A DNA stretch of 64,000 nt from Ophelia neglecta (taxonomy: Eukaryota). The position numbers were made by a program, and so were the translations under genes. Positions 27,139-40,098 of the stretch are shown piece after piece. Position 1 is the stretch's first letter. Every line of letters starts with the position of its first letter. A model generated the notes under the pieces. That model had not been told where the DNA came from and made no database searches. It saw only the letters and a program-made list of their open reading frames with translations. The stretch covers positions 61,070,001 to 61,134,000 of the forward strand of contig OZ260661.1 in the NCBI GenBank assembly GCA_965285935.1, in the 5' to 3' direction.

Positions 27139-30100
27139 TTCACTGTATGTGCACATATTATACATATAAGCATAAATAATATCTTTCTCTGGTATAACTA
27201 AACAGACTGCTCAAGCCTGATCGCTCCAGACACTCGATGGCAATACCAGGACAGTTTATGTCCTGTCAATTTCGGGTGGGTTGGTCGACTGACTGTATAT
27301 TTGTCATTCAGATTGAAATCAGCCTGCAGCATTCGGCTGGCTTGCGCCATGGCCTTGTACACCTAGCAGTCTGCAGTCGAGATTGCCAAATTCCGCCTGG
27401 GGTTACCTCCAACCACGCCAGTCTGACCTGAGCTTCATTTAATCAATCAATAAATCCAACAGGGATTCCAACACGGAGCTAAGGCAGACACGCAAGGACC
27501 ACATTGATTTGTGTCCTCGCTATTTTCGATGTGTCTTCGGAGGCCACCAAACAACTGTTTGGTAGTTTGCTATCGGGCAGGATAATGATTGTTTCCTTGG
27601 AATCGATATCATCCTTGGGGCAGGGCACCTGGTAGAACCAGCGTCGAGGGGCCGGCAAGAGTAGTTCTTCTTTTCAATAGAGGCCGAAATGATCTGCCCG
27701 GTTGATCACCTAGAATAATCCCTTTCTTCAAATTTTGCCCATGACCCACCAGACAAGCCAGGGAATTGGACTACATATCTATCCAATTCCAGGGCCATAT
27801 ACACCGAATTAAATCTTCACATCCTAACCCAGCGCCAAATGATAATGGCACTTTTCGCTTTTTATCTCATTCTGATTGTAGCATTGAAGTCAGATGTTTT
27901 AAAATTCATGCATGCATTATACATGAACATAGGCCGGATATAAAACATTATCGAACTACGCACAAGGCTTTACATCTGAGGAGAATAGAGCACAAAGGCA
28001 GGGTGACTACATGCATTAAAGGCTATTTCACCCTAATCCTGTAGAACCGTGATACCAGAAAAGGTTCCCGGGGCCAACCCAGAAAAGCGTGTCGGATCAT
28101 TTTTCCCTATATAACCTATTTAGCCTTTGTCACGAGAACCATACAGCGTATTATATTGCTAGGATACCGCATGACGTCACGAAATGTATACCCGTGACCA
28201 ACTAATGCAAAGGCAGTCATTGGCTAAGTCTGATCACATGACCCGCTATGACTTGAACCATTCAGACACCCTATTACATATCTAGGAATATGTAGGCTTC
28301 ATGTTACATAGAAAACACGAAAAACAAATTTAAAAAGTCCTATCTATGAATTTCAAGAACACATTTATTTGTCGCCTATTTTGAGTGAAAATGTTATTAT
28401 TTAATAAAGACAATGATGAAAATTCGTCATTTCGAAAACCAAATTTCTGTTGATCGATCGCGCGTTACGTTTTGAAATTTAACAGGCTTTGGAGGTTTTT
28501 TCGTATAGTATTTCGGATAATAGATAATAACCTGTAGCGCACATCCGTGGTTTTGATTGAAATATCGACTGAGCAGGAACTTGATATGGCTCGGAATGAT
28601 GGAGTGGCTTATCGCCCTCCGATGACTCCGCTTTTGCAAGTCGCGTCAGGTGTCAGGAAGCGGGAGCTTCTGAACTTTTACGAGCGGTCTTTGCGCGAGA
28701 GAGTCTAGTGATCTATAACCCGCGCAATACTCCTGAATCAAAGCCTTAGGAATAAGGGCATCATGAGATAAGTCTAAGCCTCGAGGGATTCTTGACAGCA
28801 TAATATTGATTTATGACTACAGCCGTCCTCTTAAGGGTGGGCATCACTTATTCGAGCAGATACAGTTCTTGTATCGTGGAGGGACTATTATTCCGTGAGC
28901 TAAGCACCTATCTCCGGAGGAGAACCATAACGTTGATGCATAAACCTGCACTGGCTCCGCACAATAAAAGGCGGATATACGTAAAGCAGTCTTAACGACA
29001 ACCACCCTGGAAAAAGTCGGCGTTAAGAATCGTCTTAAAGCAGATGACTGAGAACATGTGCCCAATCACCAGTTGCTTCGAGGCTATGAAGTAAAATATG
29101 ACAAAATACGTTGTCACGTTTAGTAACTATGAAAAATATCTCACAAAGCACCAAGGGTTTCCCTTTAATAATGCACTCATTAGTCATCCATTATCAGGAT
29201 AATGCATACTTTCACAGAAAGTTCATCTTACACAGAGTTAAATAAGGGCTTTTTGTAGCTATAACTTTGAAATCATTATCTTGACATGGTTTTAAGTTAA
29301 TGAAGTATGTTTTAAGTACGCTTCTGGTTTGGCTGGTCAGTCATTAGAAGGTTATATGCCTTTGTGTCCTACCCCGAGTCGCTCTTAACGTTGTCAGACA
29401 TCAATAATATATTGGTGTCATGCAACAAAACGCCAAACTAACAAATTGAATTTCGGCCAGAGGACTTGTTAGATTAGTAAAAAGGACAAGAGTGCCCGGC
29501 TAATTCCTTCTTAAATAAAGCAAGGCGATATAGGAACCAATAAAATCGTAACAGAGTGGCTGTAACTCATCTCCTGATTATCATATTTACTAATCAGAAA
29601 GGCTTCAAATTATTTAGGGCAACAATGTCTTGAAAAAAAATCAATTACATGTATTTTGAATCATGAGTTATTTGTACGTAGCCTAGCCCTAGTTCCTAAA
29701 GTGTGTAGAAACATAGGCTAGTTATGTGAGCAAAAAACCTATATAATTAGCCTTAACTGTCTGCCAACCTTACCAATGTTAATTGGTATTTTCCAAAGCA
29801 TGCATTTTTAAAATACTTGCGGGCCTATTTCTTATAAATTCCAAGTTTTTATATTTAAAGCATACAAAGCTTTTTAAATCACTGAACAATTAATGCGGCT
29901 TATTTATAGAATCAAACAGCAAGGCTGTCTAAAACTACTGCCAAAGGAAAGAGGCAAGAGCGTGGTTTCCTGTTTTTAGGTTGTTTGAACCTAGGTCCAA
30001 TATTATATCGGAAGAAGAATAAGTCCAGGCCTTGGGTAAACGTTGAAATTATTATATTTGTAAAGTGATTATGCCTTTCAATATAGATCAATAGACGCGT

Positions 30101-32952
30101 TAAATGATTTTGTTTAATAAACCCCCAAAAAATGACGATTTAGACTTATATTATTCAATTTATTGATATACTCTAAGTCTTCAACTTAAAAGATATGTTG
30201 ATATACCGTTACAAAATAGCAGCATATCTCGAGAGAACTTTTAGGTCCATCGCGAATATCCCATTCCGCTCTAAATGAATATTACAGGAGACATGTACGA
30301 AAAACACAGTGGTTTACAATCAAAATAAATTTATCAAGAAATAAACCTTTTATAAAAAATATGAATACTTCTAGACTGAAAACAAGCTACTTCTATAATT
30401 TCGTATTTTTGTTTATTTAATAGTGCCAGCCATGCAATAAATAAGAGTGAAGATGTTCTTTAAATGACTCGCTAAGCCTAATGAGTATGAAAACAACCAT
30501 AATAATTGGTACAAGTACGGGCGTATTCCGGTTAAGAACTAGGTCTGAATGGTATATAGTATATTTTTAGTATAATTAAATATTCTAAAATCAGGCCTAG
30601 AATCTACTTGCTTAAACAGAACTGGATACATTTGCAAGTAAATCAACAAAGATGACGTGTACATCTTTTTAAAACCTTGTATTACTGCCCATTGAGTACC
30701 TTCTAAGATAATAAAAAATCAATAAATAAGCGATTAAACATTTTCAAACCTTCATTCCTAACACAATTTTTGCTATTTTTTCATTGAAGTGTAATTATTT
30801 ATTTTTGATTAGCAATTACTAACTGAATCTTTTATTTCACTTAAGGCATGGCTTGTTTTCATATGTCCGTGTTAAAAAGGACCTCGATATCGTCACAGAA
30901 ATGTCTCAATGAGTTTTATGACACTTGCCACAATAGTCGAAGGGAAACGAATCACTATATAAACAGAGGAAATTTAGTTTAAACAATGGCTTCAGGATTG
31001 ATTGTAAAATTATTAAATCAAACTTAAACAAAAAAAGGAGGGGGAGCCCCATTGATACCAGTTTGTTTCCTAACTATCGACAAAACCGGAACACGATATA
31101 AAATAGGGGAAAAACTTTGAAAATCCTTTTTTTTCTTTCAAATGCGACTTCGTTTCAGATCAAAAGAGCTATTATTCCTATAAATAATTCTACAAAGTGT
31201 GAGCTTATAAGCGATTTAATATTACATCAATTATTTAGCTTAAATTTGTGCAATATATTGCAGGCTGGTATTTGCAAGCGATTAGTTGTGTCATGTGTTC
31301 CACAGTCGTATTAGCTTCACGTACCTATATGTTATCGTGCCAATCGGGCCAATATATTGTCAATTGGGAGAGTTCTGAAAGTTGGGAAAATGTGAGAATA
31401 TGTTACTAGGTTAACTGCAATCCTTATAATCCTACTGACAAAATGTACCACTCTGACAAGGGATTAGTTCAGGCACTTTGTTTCAAACAGTAAGAATGCC
31501 AAAGTCATCCTTTGTATGAATGTATCACAAAAATTATATAATATGGTTGGCATCATCACTACAAAAGAGAACATGAAGACTTTCATAAATATTGACACAT
31601 TACCCCTCCAAACTTTAAGGCTGCTCGCAATTGGCAATAAACAGATTAAATCTAATACGGGCATACGGTTACGAAATAACTGTGTAAATATTTTGTAATA
31701 TTTTCTATAATGTCTACGGCCTATATAGTATACTACCGTGCGCATTTTCGTCTACACTGTTTTAAACCAAAAGAAAATAAATAAAAGCACTAGAATATGC
31801 AGTTGAAAATAGTAAACAATATGTTTGGTTTAAGAAATTTGATCATTCATCAAAACCATAGGCACTAGAGGATACTAATAGTGCTTTTGGTGTCGAAGTC
31901 TAAAAAAAGTAAATATAATATTCTTACGTTTCTTCGCGTCCTTTTTAGACAGATTTGACGTTCATAGTTTAAAGCGTGAGCCGAACTTGTTTTTATTATG
32001 AATTGCCCTGGTTCCTTTATGATCCAGTTTCTGTTTATACCGCTGCATCCAAGATAAACGTACATGTCTTGACAAGTTAAAGTGCCTCAAAGAAATAAAC
32101 GCCAGTTGCTAAATGTATAAGTAACCCGCTCCGGGAACACTTTGCGTCTGCTCTCAAAGGTATCGATTATCTCCAGGTTCGCAGACGACTTTCTCCCGAT
32201 TTTCTTCATTTCTGATGTTCATACCAGGTAAGCAAGAAGAATCAAAATGGCGGCTGGCAGGCCACGCAGGGGGCGGTTTGACAGCACGACCTTGGGTACG
32301 TTGTTGGACCTATCTGACTCGTTTACCCTGAAAAATGAGAGCGTTTAGACATCAACTCCACGTTCCCTATTCACAGGGTAAACGCATCAGATAGAAAAGC
32401 ATCGAAGGCCTCCATTAATCATGTCGAGTCCTCCTTTCCGTGGAAACAGAAGACGGCACACATGGCACCGTTTCTTGTTCGTCCCAATAATAGAAGGATT
32501 TCCTTCCGCAGTCCGCCATATTGTAAAGGTAGTTTACCAACATAAACTGTCAAAACAGCGGTCATTTCGAGTCCATCGCCGTTGAGTTATGAGACTTTAG
32601 TGGATGGCCGGGCCGAAGTAAATGGGATAAAAATCCCAATGCTCAATCTCGGAGGACATATTTTAACTTTTTTTGGCTTTACCTTCAGTACATACTGGCA
32701 ATTCTCCACCCAGCGCAATATTGCTTGAAGGGGATTCAATATTAGTGATACATATACCTGCAGTCAAACTTACAACAACTGTTAACGTGTGTATATTTGT
32801 TTGTGATCGATAACAGCACATCATTAGCCTAATTAGTGCGCTTGGTTAATTTAAATCGACATAGGCCTGGACTTTTTTCATATACTCTCGAAGACTAGTG
32901 AAAATTATGAAAAAAACGAAATGCATCGAAAAAGTTTTGTAAGGTACTTCGG

Positions 32953-33022
32953 TACATTTTCTTATTTGTTTAAATATCAATACATAACAATACATTTTCT
33001 TATTTGTTTAAATATCAATACA
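32953..33022. repeat. Perfect 32-bp tandem duplication (38-bp period)
   Basis: TACATTTTCTTATTTGTTTAAATATCAATACA at 32953 and 32991. Confidence 0.9.
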
Positions 33023-36000
33023 CATGAGTCGGTTGCAGAAATAAATGGAAATTGTACCTTTTTCCTTTTATTAGGCCGAACCTTTTAAAAAATGTTATTA
33101 ACATAACCATATTAATATTACAACACACGAAGATCATCGAAGCTTTTGAATATTATGCTATGACTGTTTATGCCAACAACCATGTTTGATGATTAAATGA
33201 TTTACGTGTGATGACGTTTTAAGATTATTGAATATTTTTTTTTTGCATTTACAACTATTGGCTTATGCATGAACAATCGACTTTCGCAATTGCAGTAATG
33301 TGGTTTTATTAGAATGTTATACAAGTCCTTTAATCATGTATATATCATCAAAACTAAATTATTTAGCTTTTTCCTTCATCACTTTTGGAAACTTCAAAAC
33401 TGCACTTCATTCCCTTATAAATTATTCGGCTATGCAATATTTGTAGAGTTTACATACTCTTAAATTGCTATCTCAAATGTGTGACTAGCCTATATCAAGG
33501 TACACGGAATTATGAAAATTTAAATTAAATTAAACCTCAGAGGTCAGTGTAATATTTAGCTAAGAAGAAACATTGTATTCAGCGCTGGAATGAATGTGAG
33601 GCCAAGTTTAAACATAGCCATATGTTTGTATTTGGGAGTTGGCGAATATTTCTCATTTGCTCTGAAAGTATGGTGCCTTTATATATTAGATAAAAGGTCC
33701 AGCTAGTATTGGGTGAAAGTGGCTTATAGAAACCAACGATTTATTTTTCGAGTAAAGCTATCCATAGGGAGGATAAAACATAGTCACTTTGGTATATAGA
33801 GAAATGTGTGCACGTTCATGTACGCACATAAAGATGTATGTGCAATTGCTTTGGAATGAAATTCAAGGAATGCTGTACACTGCCTGTAACACACTAACAT
33901 ACACAACCGAGGCAGAAAAATAGCCGTCTTGTCTTTTTACCCACAGACTTCGTTTACTTTGGCAGTTTTGTCTTTTAGGAGTGTGTTAGGGAGCTTTCCG
34001 CACAAACTTTGTCTGGGCGATAAGCACAAAAGTAAAAATAGTTGACGGCTAGGCCTAATCTTTCAAACTATGGTTGTTATGCCAAACGAACAAGAAGCTT
34101 GATTACAAAAACTCCTTCCCTCGCTCAGTAATAAGGAAAAGCTGCCATCTACAAAGTTTTATTTAAAAAATAATAATCAGGGTGACCACATCGATCAAAA
34201 CATCATAGACTCTGTAACAAAGCAATTGCCAATCATGAAAGTATTTGTCACTTGGGTTTCGTTGAGACATTAAGCAATACGCGAGACTCAAACTTATTTC
34301 GAGACTCAACTATTTGATAAGATGGCCAACACATACACCTTTTTTCGTGCTTACTAAGTAAGATTGGTTTCGTACTTGCAGAGTAGTGCAAATATAAACA
34401 GCATCGGGCACTCGACAGAGGCAAGATCATTGTTCGCATCTGCGATAATTCGTATACACAATGTGGGTGGAGAAGATAACCAACAAATAATTCTGCGGCC
34501 AGTCATTGTGCTTATAATCATCAAATTAAGACCTAGGCCTACAATAATAGCACAATGGCCTAAATTACCCAGCCCACGTAAAAAAATACATTGACAATCC
34601 ACTCGAATTAGATTACATCGAATGTACAAATATCACATGACGAGCTAGAGTTCGGGGAGTGTTGATTTGTTGAGAACTGAGAAAGAAACATTTTTAGCGC
34701 TGTGCATTGAGAAAGACATTAAGACTTTTGACAAGCGAGAAAGGCAAAAGTGTTTTTGTGATTTGAGGATCCAAACCTATAAAGAAACCAAAATTTAGAT
34801 CAAGACCTGTGTCTGTAGGTTGGTTTACCCCACCCCCACCAACCCCCAGCTCCACCTAATACCTTGCCATGGTTTCAAGCAGGAAATGCATCAATCTGTT
34901 TCTACACTATCCCAGAGTTTTATCTTATAATTGTTTCCACGTAGGAGCCTGTTTTGCAGCTGACGGTTCCTCAATGGACGTCGCCAGAGTAATACAGTAT
35001 CGGATACAAATAGATGAGTTTGTAACAATGAATGCACATTGCAAACACCAAGTCTCTGCCAAATAAATGCGGGTTCAAATTTATAGCACAAGGTAAACCA
35101 TTAAAAATAACGTTTAAGGATGGATATAATATCTAAAATATATTCGTTTAGTAGGTTAATCTAAAGTATGATATATTTGTACAATATTTATGCCAATATA
35201 TATAAAAAGGACCCAGACCTTGATAATCTGGCCACTTACATAAGCACAACAACATCGGCCTTTTAATTTTTTCGATTCAATTTATTATCAGTTTCCTTGT
35301 TCGACAAACACGCGCTATAATCAGTTAATAAGGGAAAATAATTGTGCAACAAATCTCAATCGAGCAAGGACAATTGCTTCTTTATAAAGAACTAACTTAA
35401 CGTTTGTTTATTTAAGAGTTTATTGTGTTTGATGGCTGGCCATGAGGAAAATACTTGAACATTTCATACTAAAATTATTGTTTATAATTTTCATTACCTG
35501 AATGTTTCTCTTTCAAAGAATACTTTGTAGAATACATATTTCGCCACATACTTGCATAGCAATGGTAAACAATCTCCTAAGGAACCTGGAACCTAAGGGA
35601 CCTCATAATTAAAAACTAAAATTATTTATTTACTCATTACTATTAGATGCCATCAGTGTATGCCATCGTTCGTTTTTATAATAATTTAATACGATTAGGA
35701 ACATTTTGTTTACATATACAATTTTAGTTAGCACTGGAGGCAGTGACATAATAAAGACCAGTTGACTTAGTGATTTGTATTCTTTTCCTTTTTTTCCAAC
35801 TCTGTTTGAATTTTTTAAAAAGCGCCATTCTATATTGACATTGACAGACTCGTAAACCTCAATTTTATCAGTGATTTTTTTTCTTTTGTGAATGTGGCAA
35901 GCGGAATGTTTTTAATGATATATGTAATAGTTATCAGAACAATAATCATTGCTCATAGATCATCTGACTATATTTCAGTTGTTAGACACAATACGTTTGA

Positions 36001-36750
36001 AAATGTGAGGATTTATGATTCCCTATAAATTGTCCTTTTTTCCGGATCGTTGCGTTTTATTTACATGTAAGTTTGTAGGTGATTCATGCATAGCTCCGGG
36101 CACAAGCCGGAACTATTTTTGATTGTTAGCTCTCAACAAATCGATCGGATGAACAGTTGTAATAACCATCTAAACAATTTGGCATCTCTTTTTTCAGAAG
36201 GGTCATTATACGATATAACCAAAGCGAATACAAGCTGGGGAAGATCGAAGTGGTTGATTTTATGTGCTTTTATATCGTGTTTAGGTTTTGGGGATAAAGA
36301 TCACACTGCTTTTCATAATTATGTTTTGCTACGGTTCGTTGGAGGCTTGGCCACGAAAGCCAATACAAACAGAGAGATTGGGCGCCAACAGCCTTCATAT
36401 ACCATATATAGTATACTCCTCCGGAAGAAACAAATTTGCATAAACAACAAGTCGCTCGGCACAAAATGCCTCAGAGATGTCTGTTCAATCGTGTTCAAAC
36501 CAAGTTTAAGCAACCTTATATTTACTCTTACTCTATGGAATAGAAATATATAATACTCTGATGAGGGTATTATATCAGGAGCTCCGTGTTTGTCGCTTAT
36601 TTGACCCTTTCCTGACCCATAACTTCATCCCGGCGTTCATTGGGTAATAATAGTACAGGGAAGAAGACCTTCTGACATTTTGAAGTCGATATACCATAGT
36701 TGCGTTCATTGTCATTTTAAATGCAGACCATCAATAGTGTACATATGTAC

Positions 36751-37065
36751 ATAGGTCCGCCTCGCAAGTAGGAGATCGGGGTTCGAACCTAGATCGCGTC
36801 AAACCTAAGACGTTAAAATAGGTAGGCCTACTGATAGCTCCCCTGCCAGGCGCCCGGTATTTCGGGGGTAGAATCAGGACTGGTCAACCCGGTGTCAGTA
36901 TAATGTGACTGGGTGGGGTTCCCTGTCTGGTGTCTACGGCAGGTACTCCAGTGAGGCAGCACTATAAAGAGGGCATTGAGCCCACTGTCACAAGTAGGCA
37001 CAGTGGCGATATGACCGATAAGTGTTGAAAGCCACGTAAAACCCCAAACAACAACAACAACAACA
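36751..37065 (+). mobile_element. 5'-truncated tRNA-derived SINE with Meta-type core and (CAA)n tail
   Basis: Pol III B box GGTTCGAACC (36780-36789). The core gtcaaacctaagacgttaaaataggta...gctcccctgccaggcgcccgg resembles the MetaSINE domain, followed by ccggtgtcagtataatgtgactgggtgggg as in molluscan SINEs (from recall). (CAA)n tail ~37049-37066; 10-bp TSD ACATATGTAC at 36741-36750 and 37066-37075. No A box is visible. Confidence 0.85.
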
Positions 37066-40000
37066 ACATATGTACGCCTACCACATTTCATTAATCAAAA
37101 TATTTAACCTGTGCCAGGACGGAAGGTTACTTTCTAGCAGACGAAGTTAACGCAGACATTTAAACACCCGCCAAGCAGTAACCTGATAAAAGAAGAAACA
37201 AGCATGTCGTTTCATTGCTATTTTATTAGTTGTAGCAACAACTGTTAGCTCATGAGGCTAATGCACAAAGCATAATTGCAGATGCATACCTTGAGCACAG
37301 CTATGCTTTGACTGTTTGTTATGTTGGCCAAAATTATGAAAACGAAGAACATGAAGAACAAGGCAGTTATCGTGTATTTGTGAAAGCTCGAGTGCGGTCA
37401 AATTCTCCAATTGCTTGGCCGTTAACCTGTCATTCAACATAATAAATCTACGCCACCAAACATAAATGAGGTCAAGCGTTACATGGATCAAGCACAGATC
37501 CAATATCACATTTATACGAAACTAATTTTCCAAATGGACTGCTCCGTTGCGGTGAATTCTCATTGGCTGCCATCTCAAATTTATGGCCCATTTTATGGAA
37601 CGCTAAGACCTAGATCTGCCCCAAGTATTGCACCATATTGGAATCAAGAGCAGAGCATAGATCTCGATATCCGGCAAATTGTCACTAATGGAGTATGGAA
37701 AACAATACCCAGAGTTTAAATCACGCACATACGAGCCTGTAACCTCCGAATGAAAACAATATAATCACACCAAGAAAAATGCAGACCTCCTGACGCACAG
37801 TCTAGTGATACAATATAGTCATAGTCCCGTTGAATATCCAACTTCGCTTTGGCTGATTTTCTGAGTGATCACCAGGTGTCGGCACGAGCGTGAAAACAAA
37901 AATAGACTGTTTGATATGGCAAGCAGCTGCATGATGAACATAGGTCTACTGGCTGTACACGAAAATACATGCTGCATCTTTCCATTCGAATGAAACACAG
38001 CAGAAGTTGCTTCTCATGATGCGGCCGGCATAGGCCTTCACCGTTAGACTATTACAGTATTGTTTTAATACGAATATAATGTTTCTCAGCACGGCTTTTC
38101 CTGAAAATTCATTGAAACTACTTACATGCTTGCAAAAAAAGTATCTGAAAATCGAACCTAAACGACATCCCTCCTAGGGACATATAATAATGCCAATGAG
38201 TAGTGAGATTTTTAATTATCTTTTTCCATGCTAAACAGCCACCATACAGATTTGCTTTGAAAAAAGGAAAGTTAAATCGGTCTTTATGAAAAACTTCAAA
38301 AAATGCATTGCGATTGAAATAATTGATAAAATCGCAAAATAAAATCCAAATCTCTTTTTCAAAAGGAGTTTATTTTGTTGGAGAAATGGAAAACTTTAAG
38401 AAATTTTTGTCTGATTTCAGCTTTATTCAAACAGATCCAAAATAAATGAGTTTATATCAATGGTCATCACATATTTGAGGACATCCTGACCAAAAACGAC
38501 AAATTAGTCAACCACGCCTTGACACCCCAAAACTATACAGTTATCGTTTATTCATGACCACACACAACATTCTTTCATACATGATGAAGACATGATGAAT
38601 TTACGACCATTGTCCCTTTATCAATGTTCTTACTTCTTAGGCATCGCCAACCGTCATAAAAAAATACAATCGTACGTGTCATGTAGCTTTGATTAATTAA
38701 TCATCATAACAATAACAATGCTGAAGCCATGCGGGCGATATTACAAGCACATGACCCTATTTTAGACGTATACGGAGTTGTTCGTATATAGCGGGAAGTA
38801 TATGTATAGCATTGTTGATTTATATAAAGTTTATGTGACCCGGGTCACCTAGTTATAAATTCATCGTTTAGTTAAACAAAACTGTATTTGAAAGAAACGC
38901 TCCAGGCTTCATCAAAAATGTAGACGACATTGCTAAATCAGAAAAAAAACTGCACCACAAGAAGTCTCGCAGTACGATCTGTACCGCTATGCTTACCTCG
39001 CTGTAGGCCTACATGTTTATACCCAGATTATTGGATTCAGCCCGGGTCTTCTTGAGGGTCCTCGGCTTCGTTAAATAGGCAGAGGGACACCAAACTGGGC
39101 AGAACTCCGCTCATCTTAATATCCCAATACTAATGTCCCAATTCTTTCCTTTAACACTGCCTTCACACATATATATATATATCAAGCAGAAGGTGGAGGC
39201 CGAATGGCTGTGGCTGGGAATGTGGATGGCGCGAAAACGGTCCATTTCAACTCGTTTCTCTGCCGTCAACAAGACGACTGCCTATCATTTGGTTCATAAT
39301 CCACACCAGTTAAACATTGATAGCTCTTTTGGAAATTGGCAACACCTTGTAACTGCCAATAACAAAAAGTTGGCCAACTTTAGACCTATTTTACTTCGGG
39401 AATTTAACAATGGGCTCTTTGGAAATCATTAAATGAAATATGCTTGACGTGTGTCACCCATCAGCTGTCATGACCACGACCATAAAGCAGGGCTGTAGGA
39501 CATCCTCCATGAAGCCTCAAAGGCTAGTCATATTCTCCGATGGTTGACAGTCAAATACATAAAAACAAGCAAGGGCACCCTGAGGCAGAAGCTATTAAAG
39601 TAAATGCCGATCTCCCCTGCTCGGTTATGACACAGCTCATTACTTACCACAGACATGCATGCGTTTTTATAGGTTTCGTATCCGACAGTTTTGCCCCGAC
39701 CACCGTCCTCCGGCCCTAACTAGGACCTTTTAATGGTTACTTTATTAACCCAATACATCACCGAATACCCTTTATACTTCTATGCAGAAAGTTCCAGAGT
39801 TCCTAACTATTTTAGTGCCAAGATCAGTGTTAACTTTATGCTATGCCGTACCCCGTTACCACAAAATGTCATTTTCATTATACGGTCGAGATCTTGCTTG
39901 TGTATATGTTTCATTTTAGAGTGTGCTAACAGCCGCATAAAAATGGTTCAACATCTGTTCTTTCGCATAATGTTTTGAAGCATGTATTTCTCAAGAAAAC

Positions 40001-40073
40001 ACCGTGATGTCGATGTCAAGAATCACCCTCGTTACCTCGACGCTTTAAATATGTCACACCCTAACAGAGCCGA

Positions 40074-40098
40074 TGACCACATGACCTTAAAGTGACCT
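40074..40098 (-). promoter_or_regulatory. Perfect DR5 nuclear-receptor element with an overlapping DR2
   Basis: Minus strand AGGTCA-CTTTA-AGGTCA (40098..40082), then TG-TGGTCA (40079..40074). Confidence 0.4.

Noticed and set aside
36086-36553. 155-aa ORF
   Set aside because: No recognisable homology or compositional signal; likely spurious.
36760-36800. tRNA gene
   Set aside because: Only a B box/T-arm remnant forming the head of a SINE; no full cloverleaf.
38765-38790. ACGTATAC seed resembling miR-iab-4/iab-8 in a small hairpin
   Set aside because: The stem is only ~8 bp, there is no match beyond the seed, and it lies on the wrong side of the posterior gene. No miR-10, miR-993 or miR-196 hairpin was seen in the window.
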